From the NCBI GenBank assembly GCA_964016885.1, contig OZ024741.1, forward strand, positions 337,838,001 through 337,902,000: a stretch of 64,000 nt of DNA, in the 5' to 3' direction. Below are positions 33,857 through 53,819 of this stretch, in pieces (the first letter of the stretch is position 1; each line of letters opens with the position of its first letter). The position numbers and the translations under genes are program-made. Below the pieces are notes generated by a model, which was not told where the DNA came from, searched no databases, and saw only the letters and a program-made list of their open reading frames with translations. Source of the stretch: Eledone cirrhosa. Its lineage: Eukaryota.

Positions 33857-34686
33857 TCAAAATATTAGTGCTTTAGTTAACATTGACATGATACAAGGCA
33901 TTTGTTTTGAAGTGTTCGAAGACTCATCCTTATACATTTTCGAGGCCACTCTATTAGAAACAGCGGTCAAAATATTCATTAAATCTTGTGTGCGACCGTT
34001 TTCTTTCAAAATTTCACTTAAATTTTGGAAAAACCACGAACCATCATTTTTATTTCTAAAAGATACAAATCCAAGAAATGAAGAATGGAAGACCAGCATA
34101 TCTTTTATCATTGGAATTTCAGATAATATATTATTGGGTGGTTCAGGTACATTTTATTTTCTGTATGCTCTTGGTATAGCGGCTCCTCATTATCGAATCT
34201 CAATCCACGGCATGCTTGAACAAAGATGAGTTTAGGTATATCTTTCAAAGATGGACAGCAGTCAGGTTTCAGATAGGAAAGCAATTCTCTTAACTGGAAT
34301 TCACCCTCTTTTCCATGAATAATATCACCTTCCTTGCCATGACTCATAATTGCACAAACAAAGCAACCAATGTTTGCGGGATTCTCTTCATCAAGCTTTT
34401 TAAAGATTTTGAGTATTTCTTTGGCTGTTTTATCTTCATGTAACTTGATATCGTCTTCATCAAATCCAAGCTGTTTTAAGGCATCTGTAAAATTTTCAAC
34501 GTCCTTTGGAGAAGCTTTACGTTCAGGAAGAGTTGGGTCCTCGAATTTGGTAATGTTAAAAATGTAGGCGATACGTTTCTTTTCACTCGTTATCTCGTAA
34601 TATATTGGTAAATATTTCTTATTCGTTTCTTCTATTGGAGACCTAATGCCATCACTGTTTTCACGTTTATCAACCGAAGACGCCAT
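33857..34686 (-). pseudogene. caspase-3/7-like gene, copy A, frameshifted in the linker
   Basis: SHG and QACRG in 34710-34108; SFRN..DGSWF and KQMP in 34111-33857; 5-bp duplication (atttt) at 34151-34160 relative to copy B. Confidence 0.9.
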
Positions 34687-34710
34687 TATAGATACAAGAC
34701 ACAATAACAC

Positions 34711-34772
34711 TTTACTTCCTGGTTTGACGTTAGCTCAAACTACACAACCACGCATGTGCGCCTGCGCGCGCA
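34711..34772 (-). promoter_or_regulatory. possible caspase proximal promoter (ETS-like and NRF1-like motifs)
   Basis: caggaagt on the minus strand and tgcgcctgcgcgcgca just upstream of the ATG; also at 41650-41711. Motif resemblance only. Confidence 0.25.
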
Positions 34773-34960
34773 CACACACATCGAAAGTTTATCTGTAAAC
34801 GATGCAATATTCAGAAAGTTATGAGGCAAGTAGTGCGTGTGTGTGTATATGTATAAAACAAGTACAGTTTTATCCTTTTTCATGGATTTGTTTCCTCATA
34901 ACTTTGTCTTTTTATAGATCACAAATGATTTTATCATATCGAAATAAACACATATACATA

Positions 34961-35031
<71 letters not shown>

Positions 35032-35033
<2 letters not shown>

Positions 35034-35450
35034 GGAGGTGAGTTTTATTGTAGTACAATAAAGCAATGCAGCAGATATCGGATAAGAAGCACTCTACAGT
35101 TTGTAGGACTGGAGTGTACATAATATAAGATCAAAAGATGGTTAAAGGAGTTCCATGTATTTTATTATGCGCATTTCAAAAACAAACATCATCATGCAAT
35201 AATATTTGTGTTTTCATCAGATAAAACAGGAGAACATGATATGAAGGCCAAAAAAACACTTGTGGATAGTGCGGTTTTAAATCAAGATATGTTGATTTAA
35301 AACCGCACTATCCACAAGTGTTTTTTTGGCCTTCATATCATCTTCTCCTGTTTTATCTGATGAAAACACAAATATTATTGCATGATGATGTTTGTTTTTG
35401 AAATGCGCATAATAAAATACATGGAACTCCTTTAACCATCTTTTGATCTT
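35032..35450 (-). mobile_element. foldback mini-element with two hammerheads
   Basis: Inverted copy of 15797-16219; hammerheads at 35159-35227 (-) and 35350-35418 (+). Confidence 0.8.
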
Positions 35451-35461
35451 ATATATATATA

Positions 35462-35849
<388 letters not shown>

Positions 35850-35884
35850 TATATACATATATATATATACATATATATATATAT

Positions 35885-38240
<2,356 letters not shown>

Positions 38241-38247
38241 ATTATAT

Positions 38248-38362
<115 letters not shown>

Positions 38363-38644
38363 AGAGAGTGGGACTGGCTTTATTACAGTGCCTTTGCTCA
38401 CTATAAAAGCTTCACGGCACAGACATTGCTTTATATATGGAGATCTCTCTGCACTTGTCGTCACATGGTACCATGGTCCCAGCACTATGTGTCAATAATT
38501 GTCACAAGTGTAGTGTTTGTACCAGAGTTTTCAAGTCGCTGGCTGGACTAAAAAGTCACACTCGTTCAGCGCATCGGTAGGGGTTCTCCTACATGGATAT
38601 AAAGTAGTGGCCGTACTCGAAAACGAGTTGGTAGCCACCATATA

Positions 38645-39168
<524 letters not shown>

Positions 39169-39378
39169 TATATATATATAAATATATATAAATATATATA
39201 TATATATAAATATATATAAATATATATAAGGGTTAAAATACTGGAGTGTGTTGGAGTTAAACACCCTCTTCGTTTTATAGAAATGACAGTAAAAGGTATA
39301 GCTCAATGTAGTTAAACAGAGCCGAAAAATTAAGAGAGTAAAACAAAGAAGCCTTCAATACATCAAAAGTCTTTATTA

Positions 39379-39416
39379 GCCGACAATGTTTCGTCCTATT
39401 AAGGACTCATCAGGGC
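39379..39416 (-). ncRNA. canonical minimal hammerhead, duplicate copy
   Basis: Identical to 32433-32470. Confidence 0.82.
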
Positions 39417-40800
39417 AATTAAAACAACAAGAAGTAATATCGGCAGATACAAGCCGGAAGCTCCGAAGAATATGGAGTGTACATACACTAAAGTATTGCA
39501 AAAATATATAATAAAAATAATAAAAATATATAATAAAAGTTACTAAGGATGTATATAACATTAAGAACCATATTACAAATATAGTCCAAAGCAAAAAAAA
39601 ACTAGAGCTATACAAAGGTGGTTATATAGAGCAGGAATTATATATAATACAATGTAATATAATATAATATACTATAATATCTTTACCAACATTAAAATTA
39701 CAATAAAAATCTATGACAGACATGGGGAAGTGTCGAGTACTCCTTACAGTTGGTATTCAAAAAGAGTTAGTGATGTAAGTAACAGTAAAAAACAAAATTA
39801 AAAAGGGAAGGGAATAAAATAAAAGTAGTAATTTCGAATACTAAAGGCCAATAGGAGGCAGATTATGCATAAGAAATCGAAAATGAAAAGAAAAATAGAG
39901 TTGCCTCCCTTAGTTTCGACCTCATTATTAAAACAGATTTATTTCCTGGTTCGCTAGTTTGTTTTCAGTTTTCGTGACATTTACGTTTTTCTAAAAAAAT
40001 AATATTTTATTAGTCTATTCTTACGTTCTTTCCAAGTTGTGAAGATTTCAAGTACAAACGAGGAAGAAGTGTTGACAAAGTAATCTTCCGGTTTTAAATT
40101 TCCGCAACTTTCCCAAAGCTAAAAATAAATACTTTTTCTTCTTAAATTATCTTTATAATATCATAGTTACTTATCTACATCAAACATGTATCTGTGCAAA
40201 ACAAGTATTATTAAAAAAAAGTTATTAGGAAAGAAATTTATATGTGCAGAAAACTGTAATTGTATTGTTTTTTTATATATATATATTCTTCCGCCGGCCA
40301 AAATGTGATATGGACTTAAATTTAATATTTTTAGTACTTCTCTGAGTGGATAGTTATTTTATCAATTTATTGATATATCTTATCGTTTTATTAGAGACGA
40401 TTTCTTTATAAGGTTGTAAATTATATATATCTATATCTATCTATATATATATATATATATATATATACATTTGTATATATATATACATGTATATTTATTA
40501 ATTTGTTTGCAAAATTATATGCATACAGATGTATATGTACGTATATCAAATAAGCTTCATTAGAGACGGTTTATCTTGTAGAGATATATAGATATATATA
40601 GATATGTATATAAATGCACACGACGTTCCTCGTAACTTTCTTAATATAGCATATTTTACAGTTACGATTTTGATGTTGTAGATGAATAAATCTTATGATT
40701 ATAAATAAGGTGTCTGACAGGTGTATATAGTGAACAACTTTACATTATAATATGACGATATTCTGTATATAATAACATACAAATGTAAGTAGATCTTAGA

Positions 40801-41625
40801 TCAAAATATTAGTGCTTTAGTTAACATTGACATGATACAAGGCATTTGTTTTGAAGTGTTCGAAGACTCATCCTTATACATTTTCGAGGCCACTCTATTA
40901 GAAACAGCGGTCAAAATATTCATTAAATCTTGTGTGCGACCGTTTTCTTTCAAAATTTCACTTAAATTTTGGAAAAAGCACGAACCATCATTTTTATTTC
41001 TAAAAGATACAAATCCAAGAAATGAAGAATGGAAGACCAGCATATCTTTTATCATTGGAATTTCAGATAATATATTATTGGGTGGTTCAGGTACATTTTC
41101 TGTATGCTCTTGGTATAGCGGCTCCTCATTATCGAATCTCAATCCACGGCATGCTTGAACAAAGATGAGTTTAGGTATATCTTTCAAAGATGGACAGCAG
41201 TCAGGTTTCAGATAGGAAAGCAATTCTCTTAACTGGAATTCACCCTCTTTTCCATAAATAATATCACCTTTCTTGCCATGACTCATAATTGCACAAACAA
41301 AGCAACCAATGTTTGCGGGATTCTCTTCATCAAGCTTTTTAAAGATTTTGAGTATTTCTTTGGCTGTTTTATCTTCATGTAACTTGATATCGTCTTCATC
41401 AAATCCAAGCTGTTTTAAGGCATCTGTAAAATTTTCAACGTCCTTTGGAGAAGCTTTACGTTTATCCAGAGATCGGTCCTCGAAGTTGGTAATGTTAAAA
41501 ATGTAGGCGATACGTTTCTTTTCACTCGTTATCTCGTAATATATTGGTAAATATTTCTTATTCGTTTCTTCTATTGGAGACCTAATGCCATCACTGTTTT
41601 CACGTTTATCAACCGAAGACGCCAT
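40801..41625 (-). CDS. intronless effector-type caspase (caspase-3/7-like), copy B, 274 aa
   Basis: Open frame from ATG (MASSVDK); short prodomain, AIMSHG, PKLIFVQACRG, SFRNKNDGS and KQMPCIMSMLTK. Confidence 0.93.
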   Translation of the reverse strand: MASSVDKRENSDGIRSPIEETNKKYLPIYYEITSEKKRIAYIFNITNFEDRSLDKRKASPKDVENFTDALKQLGFDEDDIKLHEDKTAKEILKIFKKLDEENPANIGCFVCAIMSHGKKGDIIYGKEGEFQLRELLSYLKPDCCPSLKDIPKLIFVQACRGLRFDNEEPLYQEHTENVPEPPNNILSEIPMIKDMLVFHSSFLGFVSFRNKNDGSCFFQNLSEILKENGRTQDLMNILTAVSNRVASKMYKDESSNTSKQMPCIMSMLTKALIF

Positions 41626-41909
41626 TATAGATACAAGACACAATAACACTTTACTTCCTGGTTTGACATTAGCTCAAACTACACAACCACGCATGTGCGC
41701 CTGCGCGCGCACACACACATCGAAAGTTTATCTGTAAACGATGCAATATTAAGAAAGTTATGAGGCAAGTAGTGCGTGTGTGTGTATATGTATAAAACAA
41801 GTACAGTTTTATCCTTTTTCATGGATTTGTTTCCTCATAACTTTGTCTTTTTATAGATCACAAATGATTTTATCATATCGAAATAAACACATATACATAT
41901 ATATATATA

Positions 41910-41995
<86 letters not shown>

Positions 41996-41996
41996 C

Positions 41997-42172
<176 letters not shown>

Positions 42173-42234
42173 TTGGAGGTTTGGAGGAAACAATTGTAAG
42201 CAAATAAATGACTTAAACTGAACTTTGATTACTG

Positions 42235-42290
<56 letters not shown>

Positions 42291-42312
42291 ATATATATAT
42301 ATATATATATAT

Positions 42313-42698
<386 letters not shown>

Positions 42699-42701
42699 CA
42701 C

Positions 42702-45058
<2,357 letters not shown>

Positions 45059-45884
45059 TAACACAATTATAAAAGTTATGTTCACGTCATTTAATCGCTG
45101 ACAATCGTTTCTTCCAAACTTTCGTTTGGAATTATCGGAGCATTATCAATTTTTCTACATATAATAAACCTCCTATTCAACTTAAGAAACATATAGATAC
45201 ATATATATTGATGTTGTGAACAACAGTTTCATATTTGGAAGATGGAATGGTTGCGACCTATATTATATAATAGGTGTACAAAATTTCAAGAAATTCAAAA
45301 ATTAAAAATTAAAATTAACATTAAAAGCACAGAGTGGAATACACGTGACAGATAATACAAGGGAGTAGTAATTAAAGAGGCATTGAGGAAGAGTGAGGAC
45401 ACTAGCAGTACATATGCAGACGCGTAGAGTGGAAATGCGTTAGTCATATATATATGCAGGAAACAAGCAAAGTTATAAGGCATACACAAATACTGTATGG
45501 CAAGGTATCACATAAGAAATATAGGTATATAAGCATATAAAGCAAGGGTGTTATTGAATTAAAATTTACGTTGGATGCAATGTGAAGGTTGTCTGTGTAG
45601 TGTACACGTGTGCGTGTGTTAAGAATCTCAAAGTTATTGATGTCGATATCTTTTCCATTACATCAATATATATGTATCTAAATGTTTGTTAAGTTGAATA
45701 GGAGGTTTATTATATGTCCCAGCACTATGTGTCAATAATTGTCACAAGTGTAGTGTTTGTACCAGAGTTTTCAAGTCGCTGGCTGGACTAAAAAGTCACA
45801 CTCGTTCAGCGCATCGGTAGGGGTTCTCCTACATGGATATAAAGTAGTGGCCGTACTCGAAAACGAGTTGGCAGCCACCATATA

Positions 45885-46036
<152 letters not shown>

Positions 46037-46037
46037 C

Positions 46038-46163
<126 letters not shown>

Positions 46164-46180
46164 GTGTGTGTTTGTGCATT

Positions 46181-46214
<34 letters not shown>

Positions 46215-46220
46215 AATGCA

Positions 46221-46270
<50 letters not shown>

Positions 46271-46299
46271 ATTTATAACCTTATTTATAATCTTTATTT

Positions 46300-46480
46300 A
46301 TTGTGGTATACAAACTCTTTTATTAAAAGGTAATATAGTGGCGTGAATTTTGTTAATCTTGTATGTTTTATCAGCTGGGTTGAAGAATAGTTTCTCTAAG
46401 GGGTTATCATGTAAATTGTTGTTATGTCTATTGTTATTGTTCTCTCTATTGTTATCGTTGTTGTTACTGCTACTTCTATT
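46300..46480 (-). mobile_element. short PLE fragment
   Basis: Resembles 4760-4900 (cagctgggttgaa.aatagtttctctaaggggttatcat). Confidence 0.55.
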
Positions 46481-46533
46481 ATCATTTTATTAGAGACAAT
46501 TTCCTTATAAGGTTGTAAATTATATATATACCT

Positions 46534-47546
46534 TCTTTATATATATAAAAGCAAGGATGTGTGTGTGTCTGTGTACAACTTTGGATACCTAAGGCTTTTA
46601 CAATTACCAACCGAATTTGACCAAATTTTCTGTGCACGTTGCACAGGTCGCTAAGATGGTCACATCACAAATATTTTTCCAATCGACCCACGTTGAGCAA
46701 TAAAAAATCAATATCAAAATTATCGGTAGCAAAATTGATGTAAGGGAGATAACCAACTTTATTGACAATCCTTATAAAAAAGGGCGATAACCAACTTTAT
46801 TGACAATCCTTATAAAGAGAGTGAGATATGGAGACCTTCGTTTTCAATTTTAAAACAACAATCATCGTCGGACGAAATTTCAGAAATATAAACATCAGAT
46901 TCATTTGAAGATAAATCACTAATATTGTCGTTTGTTTCTTGTTTATTCTTTGTTGCACTTTCAAAGTTAAAAAAACACTTATTGTTTTTACTTGTTTCAC
47001 TATTTTAAGTGTTAAATTTCGCCTCTGTGTACAACTTGGCATGCATAAGGCTTTCACCAATTGAATTTGACCAAAGTTTCTGTGCACGTTGCACAGGTCG
47101 CTAAGATTGTTACATCACAAACATTTTTCAAATCCACCCACGTTGAGCAATAATAAATCGATATCAAAATTATCGTAGAAAAATTGATGTAAGGGAGATA
47201 ACAAAATTTATTGAAAATCCTTATAAAAAAGGGAGATAACCTTTTCACCAAATATGCCCCGTATTAACTTTTTGTACTTTAGCAAAACTGCCTGTTTTTT
47301 TGTTTTACAGATTTGCAACGTGTATTGTCTTTAATCATTTGTATAACTACATCCTGTTCAGTGTTTTCCTTCATTATCAGCATAGTTTTATGTGTACACA
47401 GATTGCACTAAATATTCGTTAGCATTAATTAGATAGACTTCTGCTTATTTTGACAGGTTGGGGACAAATAATGTTCTTCTTTTACTTCCTAGCTGTATAT
47501 TCTTAGCATAATTTCAAACCCCTGCAACGCCGGGTAAATCTGCTAG
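46534..47546 (+). mobile_element. non-autonomous Helitron-like element
   Basis: 5' TCtttatatatataaaag; 3' ccctgcaacgccggg followed by CTAG|T; internal diverged duplication about 46567-46815 vs 47024-47242. Confidence 0.65.
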
Positions 47547-47572
47547 TATAATATATACATATAATATATAAA

Positions 47573-48510
47573 ATGGAAAATTTGCACCGGATCTGTATGT
47601 TCAATGCTCTGTTCTACGTGCGATACTGGGTGACAGCAGTCAAGTGTGCTGATGCACCATCCAATGACCTTCAATTCTACGTGGAGTTGACACAGTACAG
47701 TAAGGTTGACAGAGATCTACTGCAGGCAGCTACTACTGCTCTGAGCAGGCATCTTTGGTAACTGACGGAGGAAGCCATCCCGCTAGCGTTGTTTTCAAGT
47801 CGAGTCCAAGAGTCCGAGAAGAAACAAATAGCCCAACGTCTTGTCAAAACGAAAACGTCTGGGCCTCTCGAAAGTGGTGCTCCAGTATTTCCCGAGTTGA
47901 AATCGTCCACGAAGCTGCCTCATCTAGTTGGGAAGAAATCAAGGCTTCTGTTCGATCTCCTTGGTCTCGACGATGCTTGGCTTGAGCTGTCACCTGCAAC
48001 TTGGTCATCACAAGCGTCATATCAAAATGCCTGTGCTGTTGTTCAGAATATCAAGGTAGTCAACGATCTGGCGGAGAGAGCAGTCAAGTTGATAACTGAT
48101 TTTGTTGCCATCACCAAGACTGAGGAGGAGAAGCAGTGTGTTCTTCAAGTAGTCGAAGCTCATCGTCGAAAGGTCCCGGATTTCAAAAAAGAAACTCTGA
48201 AAAAAATATGACTGGAGTTAACTTAACTGAACTTGTTTCTTCCTTGTACGCCTTTATATTCAATGCTGGTTTACTAAATACAATGGATTAATAAAATAAA
48301 CAATTATTGTATGGTCATATTTGGTTTCACATTTTCATGATTTCATGCAACATAATCACACTTTCCACTATAATCACCATGATATAGGCAAGACTCAGTA
48401 TAATTTATTTTATACAAAATATGTTTTATTTTACCAATTGGGGCATTTATAATGGGAAAATACGCAGGGAGCGTTAGTATTGTGACCTTACTTTTTATGG
48501 CACACCCTAA
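47573..48510 (+). mobile_element. hAT (hATm-like) transposase 3' fragment
   Basis: One frame 47573-48211 with a premature TAA at 47759; APSNDL, RHLW and VVNDLAERAVK; candidate terminus cacaccctaa at 48501-48510. Confidence 0.7.
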
Positions 48511-48799
48511 TATATTCAACAAGTTTCAATTTTATAATAACATATATAATGGCACAATGCTTAGAGGAAAGTCTTAAAAGAACTTATATCAACACAAGTG
48601 GATAAGTTCCTTCAGAATGAAAATATAAACAGAGCATATAAATAAATTTACAGTAGAATAACATAACAAATATGTTTTAAATATATACCTAAATAACATT
48701 ACAAATGCCTCGGTAGCACTACAAAGGATGGTATAATGAAAGATAAATTCCTTCAATGCTACAATATTAAGGAAAATGTAAAAAAGGGGTGAACAACGG

Positions 48800-49856
48800 A
48801 GCCAACACCAGAGTGAAAGACAGCAACGCCGCGAGTACTGGGCAACCTCTCTAATGGTTTTTGAGGCAAGCCAGCACACTCGCAGCGTTACCCCGGGTGA
48901 TGGCGAGGCTGATGCGCTGAAACAGCCAAGCACCCTATCGAGATTCGCCAGTCACCTCAATTAGGCGAGCCGCCAGTGGGGAAAGGAACCTCGCAGTCAG
49001 CGGCTCGACTCCCCCAAACGTCTCGAAAGCCACAGGCTGAAAAATGTAGCTGGCCGACAGAGCAGAGTATTTGAGGGTCTTATTCCGCTCGGCTGCAGAA
49101 GCTGTGGCTCTCGTCCTAACCGCAGCATCCAGGATGTGGGAAAGAGCAAAGGAGTCACTAACAGTGACGTCCCAGACAAAGGACCTGCCTCTCGACCAGA
49201 GGCACAGGGTAAGACCGTCATGTCTTTTGCCGTCACTTCAACCCAAATGGTTCCAAGACCGAGGGGATATTCCCCCGGGCCAAAGCTCTCTTCAGAATGA
49301 GGTTTAGCTCCGTGTGACGCGCGAAGCGGCCGGCATTCAGGCAGCAAGAAAGACCGTGGAGGCCTGTAGAGTCGAGGAGTTTGCCGCATCGGCACCTCAA
49401 ACCCATGCAGACGTCGGCTCCCACTCTGAGAGCGATGGAGACACGAAGTTCGTCCAGGCTGAGTAGGCCACCAACGTTGGTCACGGGTAGGGCATCGACC
49501 CAGTCGCCTGAGTATTTGGCGCTGGCAGATAGTAAGCGGCACCTTGCAAACTGATCTGATACGACGAAGGGGGAGTCGAAGGTGGCCCTCGAACTTATGC
49601 TGTCCCAGGCTCTCTGACTTCGACTGCCCTCCACCTTCTCAGGAAGAGACAAGCCCATCCCACTCCACCGCTGGAGAGCTTCACCCAACTCCCTGTTGGA
49701 ACTAGTCCATGTTGGAGAGGAGAGGGTGCTGCTCACCAGGGTGGAGGAAAGGAAGCAGGGAGAGAGAGGGCGAACACTTACGGAGACCAAGACCCCCATC
49801 CTGATCGCGGAACTCCGGAGAAAGTCTAACATTGACCAGACACTCGAGTCTCTCGA

Positions 49857-49858
<2 letters not shown>
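48800..49858 (-). mobile_element. CRE-like non-LTR retrotransposon 3' fragment
   Basis: SGDWVDALP, CRCG...HGLSC, RHTELN, then RHDG...WDVTV...FETFG restriction-like endonuclease motifs after a frameshift. The left end is approximate. Confidence 0.72.
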
Positions 49859-49898
<40 letters not shown>

Positions 49899-50319
49899 TT
49901 GTATTTATATATACATGGTTATATATATTAATTTGTTTGCAAAATTATATACATACAGATGTATATGTATGTATATCAAATATTAAGAAAGTTATGAGGC
50001 AAGTAGTGTGTGTGTATATGTATAAAACATCACAAGTACAGTTTTATACTTTTTCATGAATTTGTTTACACATAGCTTTGTCTTTTTATAGATCACAAAT
50101 GATTTTATCATATCGAAATAAACGATGTACATGAAATTACGGGAAATTACATTATAGCAAATGCGTTCGTATATAAATACATACACATATACGTACATAT
50201 ACACACATACGCATACATACATATATAAATCAACAGCCGTATGAATAATTGGGTACCAAGTATACACAAGTTTACATACATTAATACGACTGAGAGACAA
50301 CAGAAGTGACATGTGATGT

Positions 50320-53092
50320 CTGAAAGTAAAAGTAAAAGGGGAAGTAAAATAAATATAAATATTATATAATTGTTAAAATATATCGTTAATGAAAATCAAA
50401 AAGAAGGGGGGGGGGTCAACTAGTGGATGTAAAGTAAAAATAAATAATTTGTAAAACTAATTAAGATGTCTATAAAGAAGGTAAGTTAAGGAAAGTGAAG
50501 AACAAGACTTTATGGAGGATAAGCGTCTGAAAGTGAGTTAAGTTTGTGTGAGCTGGAAAGCAAATGTGATTTTATGTGTGGGCAACTGGTGAAAATTTCT
50601 GTTTTAGCATTTAGGCAGGTTTTTGGTGATTTAAGGTTCTGTAAAATCCAATATTTTTCATTTATGCAGAGGGCGCATCTTCTTGTTCCTCTTGCGTACT
50701 CTTTAGATTGGTTCAAAATTGACCAATCTAATTTATACTGGATACCTTGGTCCTTCAAATCCCATATTCTGCTAGCCAGAGCTGTTGTGAATCTTTTTCA
50801 GGATGTCGGAAAGATGCGACATGTGAATAATAACGCGTTTTGAATTTGCCTTGCGTCATACCCACATAACGTTCACTGGTGGCTGGCTGGTTGTTGCTGG
50901 TGGTTGTCACTTTGGCCTCATATACAATGGCTTTGGTGTTGAATTTACCTTGTAATGGGCATTCACTTTTAACTCTACAAGAACAATTTTGATATTCTCT
51001 GGGTGTTTTCTTATTAATGATATAAGATTTAATAGAGGGACCGCAGGAGTAGCTGATTTTGACACAGTTTCTATTGAAAATCTTAGAGTATCTATGTATT
51101 CTGGGGAAATGTTTATCTAAGAGTTCTGGGAATTTTCTGCCTACATAAGTTTTAACTGCTAAAGAGTAGGGGTGTGTGAACCAGATTATTTTTCTTTTCC
51201 TATTATTATGTTTAATGGAGTTAGTATTGTTGGGTATGTACTTAATAGGTTCATTGAAGCCACTATTTTGAAGGGCTTTATTATAGTAGGGGGATGCCTT
51301 ATTAAAAATAGCTTCTGAGGAAGATAGGGTAGAGATCCTACGGCTAATATTTGGGATGAGATTTTTAAATACTATAGGAGGATGGCAAGAGCATTTATTT
51401 ATGTATTTAAAATTTTCATAATGTTTATGGTACGGTTTATAGGAAGCAGTAGGCAGATCTAGGTTTATATCTAGAAAATTAACATTAGAAAGGTTTGTGT
51501 CAATGGTAATTTTAAGATTAAAACTAGCGAAGGATTTTATTAAGTCTTTCCTGAACCTGTCTAAGTTATAGCCTATAGTGGTATGGGAAAGTATTAGACC
51601 ATCATCACGATATAGCCCAATGGTATGGTTAGGGAATTTCTCTTTAAGTGTGTGGAGGAGGAATAGGCCGACTAAATCACACACGTCAGCACTATCAAAA
51701 GAACCCATTGCGACATTAAAGGGGTTCTCTGGGTTAGATTTTTTTACCCAAGTTTCATTATTAGCAAACAGTAAAGTATTTCTAGCATGCAAAATGACAT
51801 TCTCTTCAATATCAGAAATATTAATAAACTTTCTAGCAAAATGTCATGCTTTCGTTAAAAGAGGGAGAGTAATAGACGGGTAGAAGTCTACAATGTCAAA
51901 TTGGGTGAATCTAGAATTATTTTTATCTTTAATATTTTTAAACCAATGTACTACAGAAGAGCTATTTATCCATTGGAGTAATTCTGACTTCTTATATATT
52001 TGTTTGTGTTATTTAATATCTGTTTGCTATCAAGGCCGATTTCTGTCTTAGCAGGGTTGATTAACCTACAACTGGGACGATTATTAAAGTCTGATTTATG
52101 ATCTTTAATAGTGATATAGGCATTACGTTTTGCTAGTTTTTCTGTTCTATTGTCTATTTTTAAAAAGCTAGCTAATTCTTTGGCTTCATTATTAATAGTA
52201 TTATAGGTGTTAATATTAGCTATTTGGTATTTAGAGGTGATGCTATCTGTTAAGAGTTGGTCATGTAAGTTATTATTAACTTCGTATAAATTTTTTGTTT
52301 TTTTCGGAGAAAAGGAACTTATTTTTAGAAGATTTATATTCAGAAATAATCGTTAGAGAGTTTAGATTGCAAAATATTATAGTACTTACGGAATTTGATT
52401 TGGTTAATTAAATTAACTAAGTCTAGTTCAAAAGCGTGTGTATTTATGAGACTTGATATCAAAATGTTCTGTAGAGTCCGTGATAAAGTGTCCATCGAAA
52501 ATCAAAGCTTTCCATCTCATTCTTTTTACAACTTTTTCTACTTTGTCGATCAACATTTTAGTGTAGGAAGTGTTAGAAGGTGTTGGTATGTTCTTGATGG
52601 AGTAATCCAAATTATATCGATCCATGTTAGGTATTGGTTAAAATTCCTTTTAACTGAAGAGTGCTCGACTTTAAAGGCCTGGAAGGTGCCAATCTCATAT
52701 AAATGTAGAATATGCTACAATCGTTCCCTTGGGAGCTGTATAAGTGTTGAAGTTTCCGTGGAAAAAGTAAAAGGAATGAAGAGTGCTCTATGTAAGTTAC
52801 AGAGCTAAATATTTAATGTATAATAAACAATACAGTATAATTACCTCATTACTCGAGGTTTCCAGAACAGGACGAACACAAGAGACGTCCGCTATTTTCA
52901 AATATCTCACTATGTTATATTGCTTCATCTGACGAACGAATGCGGACGTCATTTGTGTTCATCCTGTTCGGGAAACCTTGGGTAATGAGGTAATTATACT
53001 GTATTGTTTATTATACATTAAATATTTAGCTCTGTAACTTACATAGATCACTCTTCATTCCTTTTACTTTTTCCACGGAAACTTCAACACTT
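50320..53092 (-). mobile_element. decayed near full-length Nematis-like PLE with inverted pseudo-LTR
   Basis: YSIKNIP...KRMRWKA (52625), FDIVDFYPSI, GLYRDDG and IVYEAKV...YVGMT; inverted arms about 52740-52892 and 52943-53092. Confidence 0.88.
52923..52990 (+). ncRNA. type I hammerhead motif
   Basis: cttcat-CTGACGA-a-cgaa...ttcg-g-GAAA-ccttggg-TA-atgagg. Confidence 0.65.
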
Positions 53093-53325
53093 ATATATAT
53101 ATATATATATATATATATACGCACACACAAACACATGTACATATACATATACACTTACACAAACATACACATACATACACACATATACATAGACATATAC
53201 ACACACATATATATATACATATATATATATACATACACACACAGATACAAATACATGCCCATGCACATATATACACATACATAGACATACATATATATAC
53301 ATATAAATAAAAGATATGCATGCAC

Positions 53326-53803
<478 letters not shown>

Positions 53804-53819
53804 ATACCTACAAGGAGGG

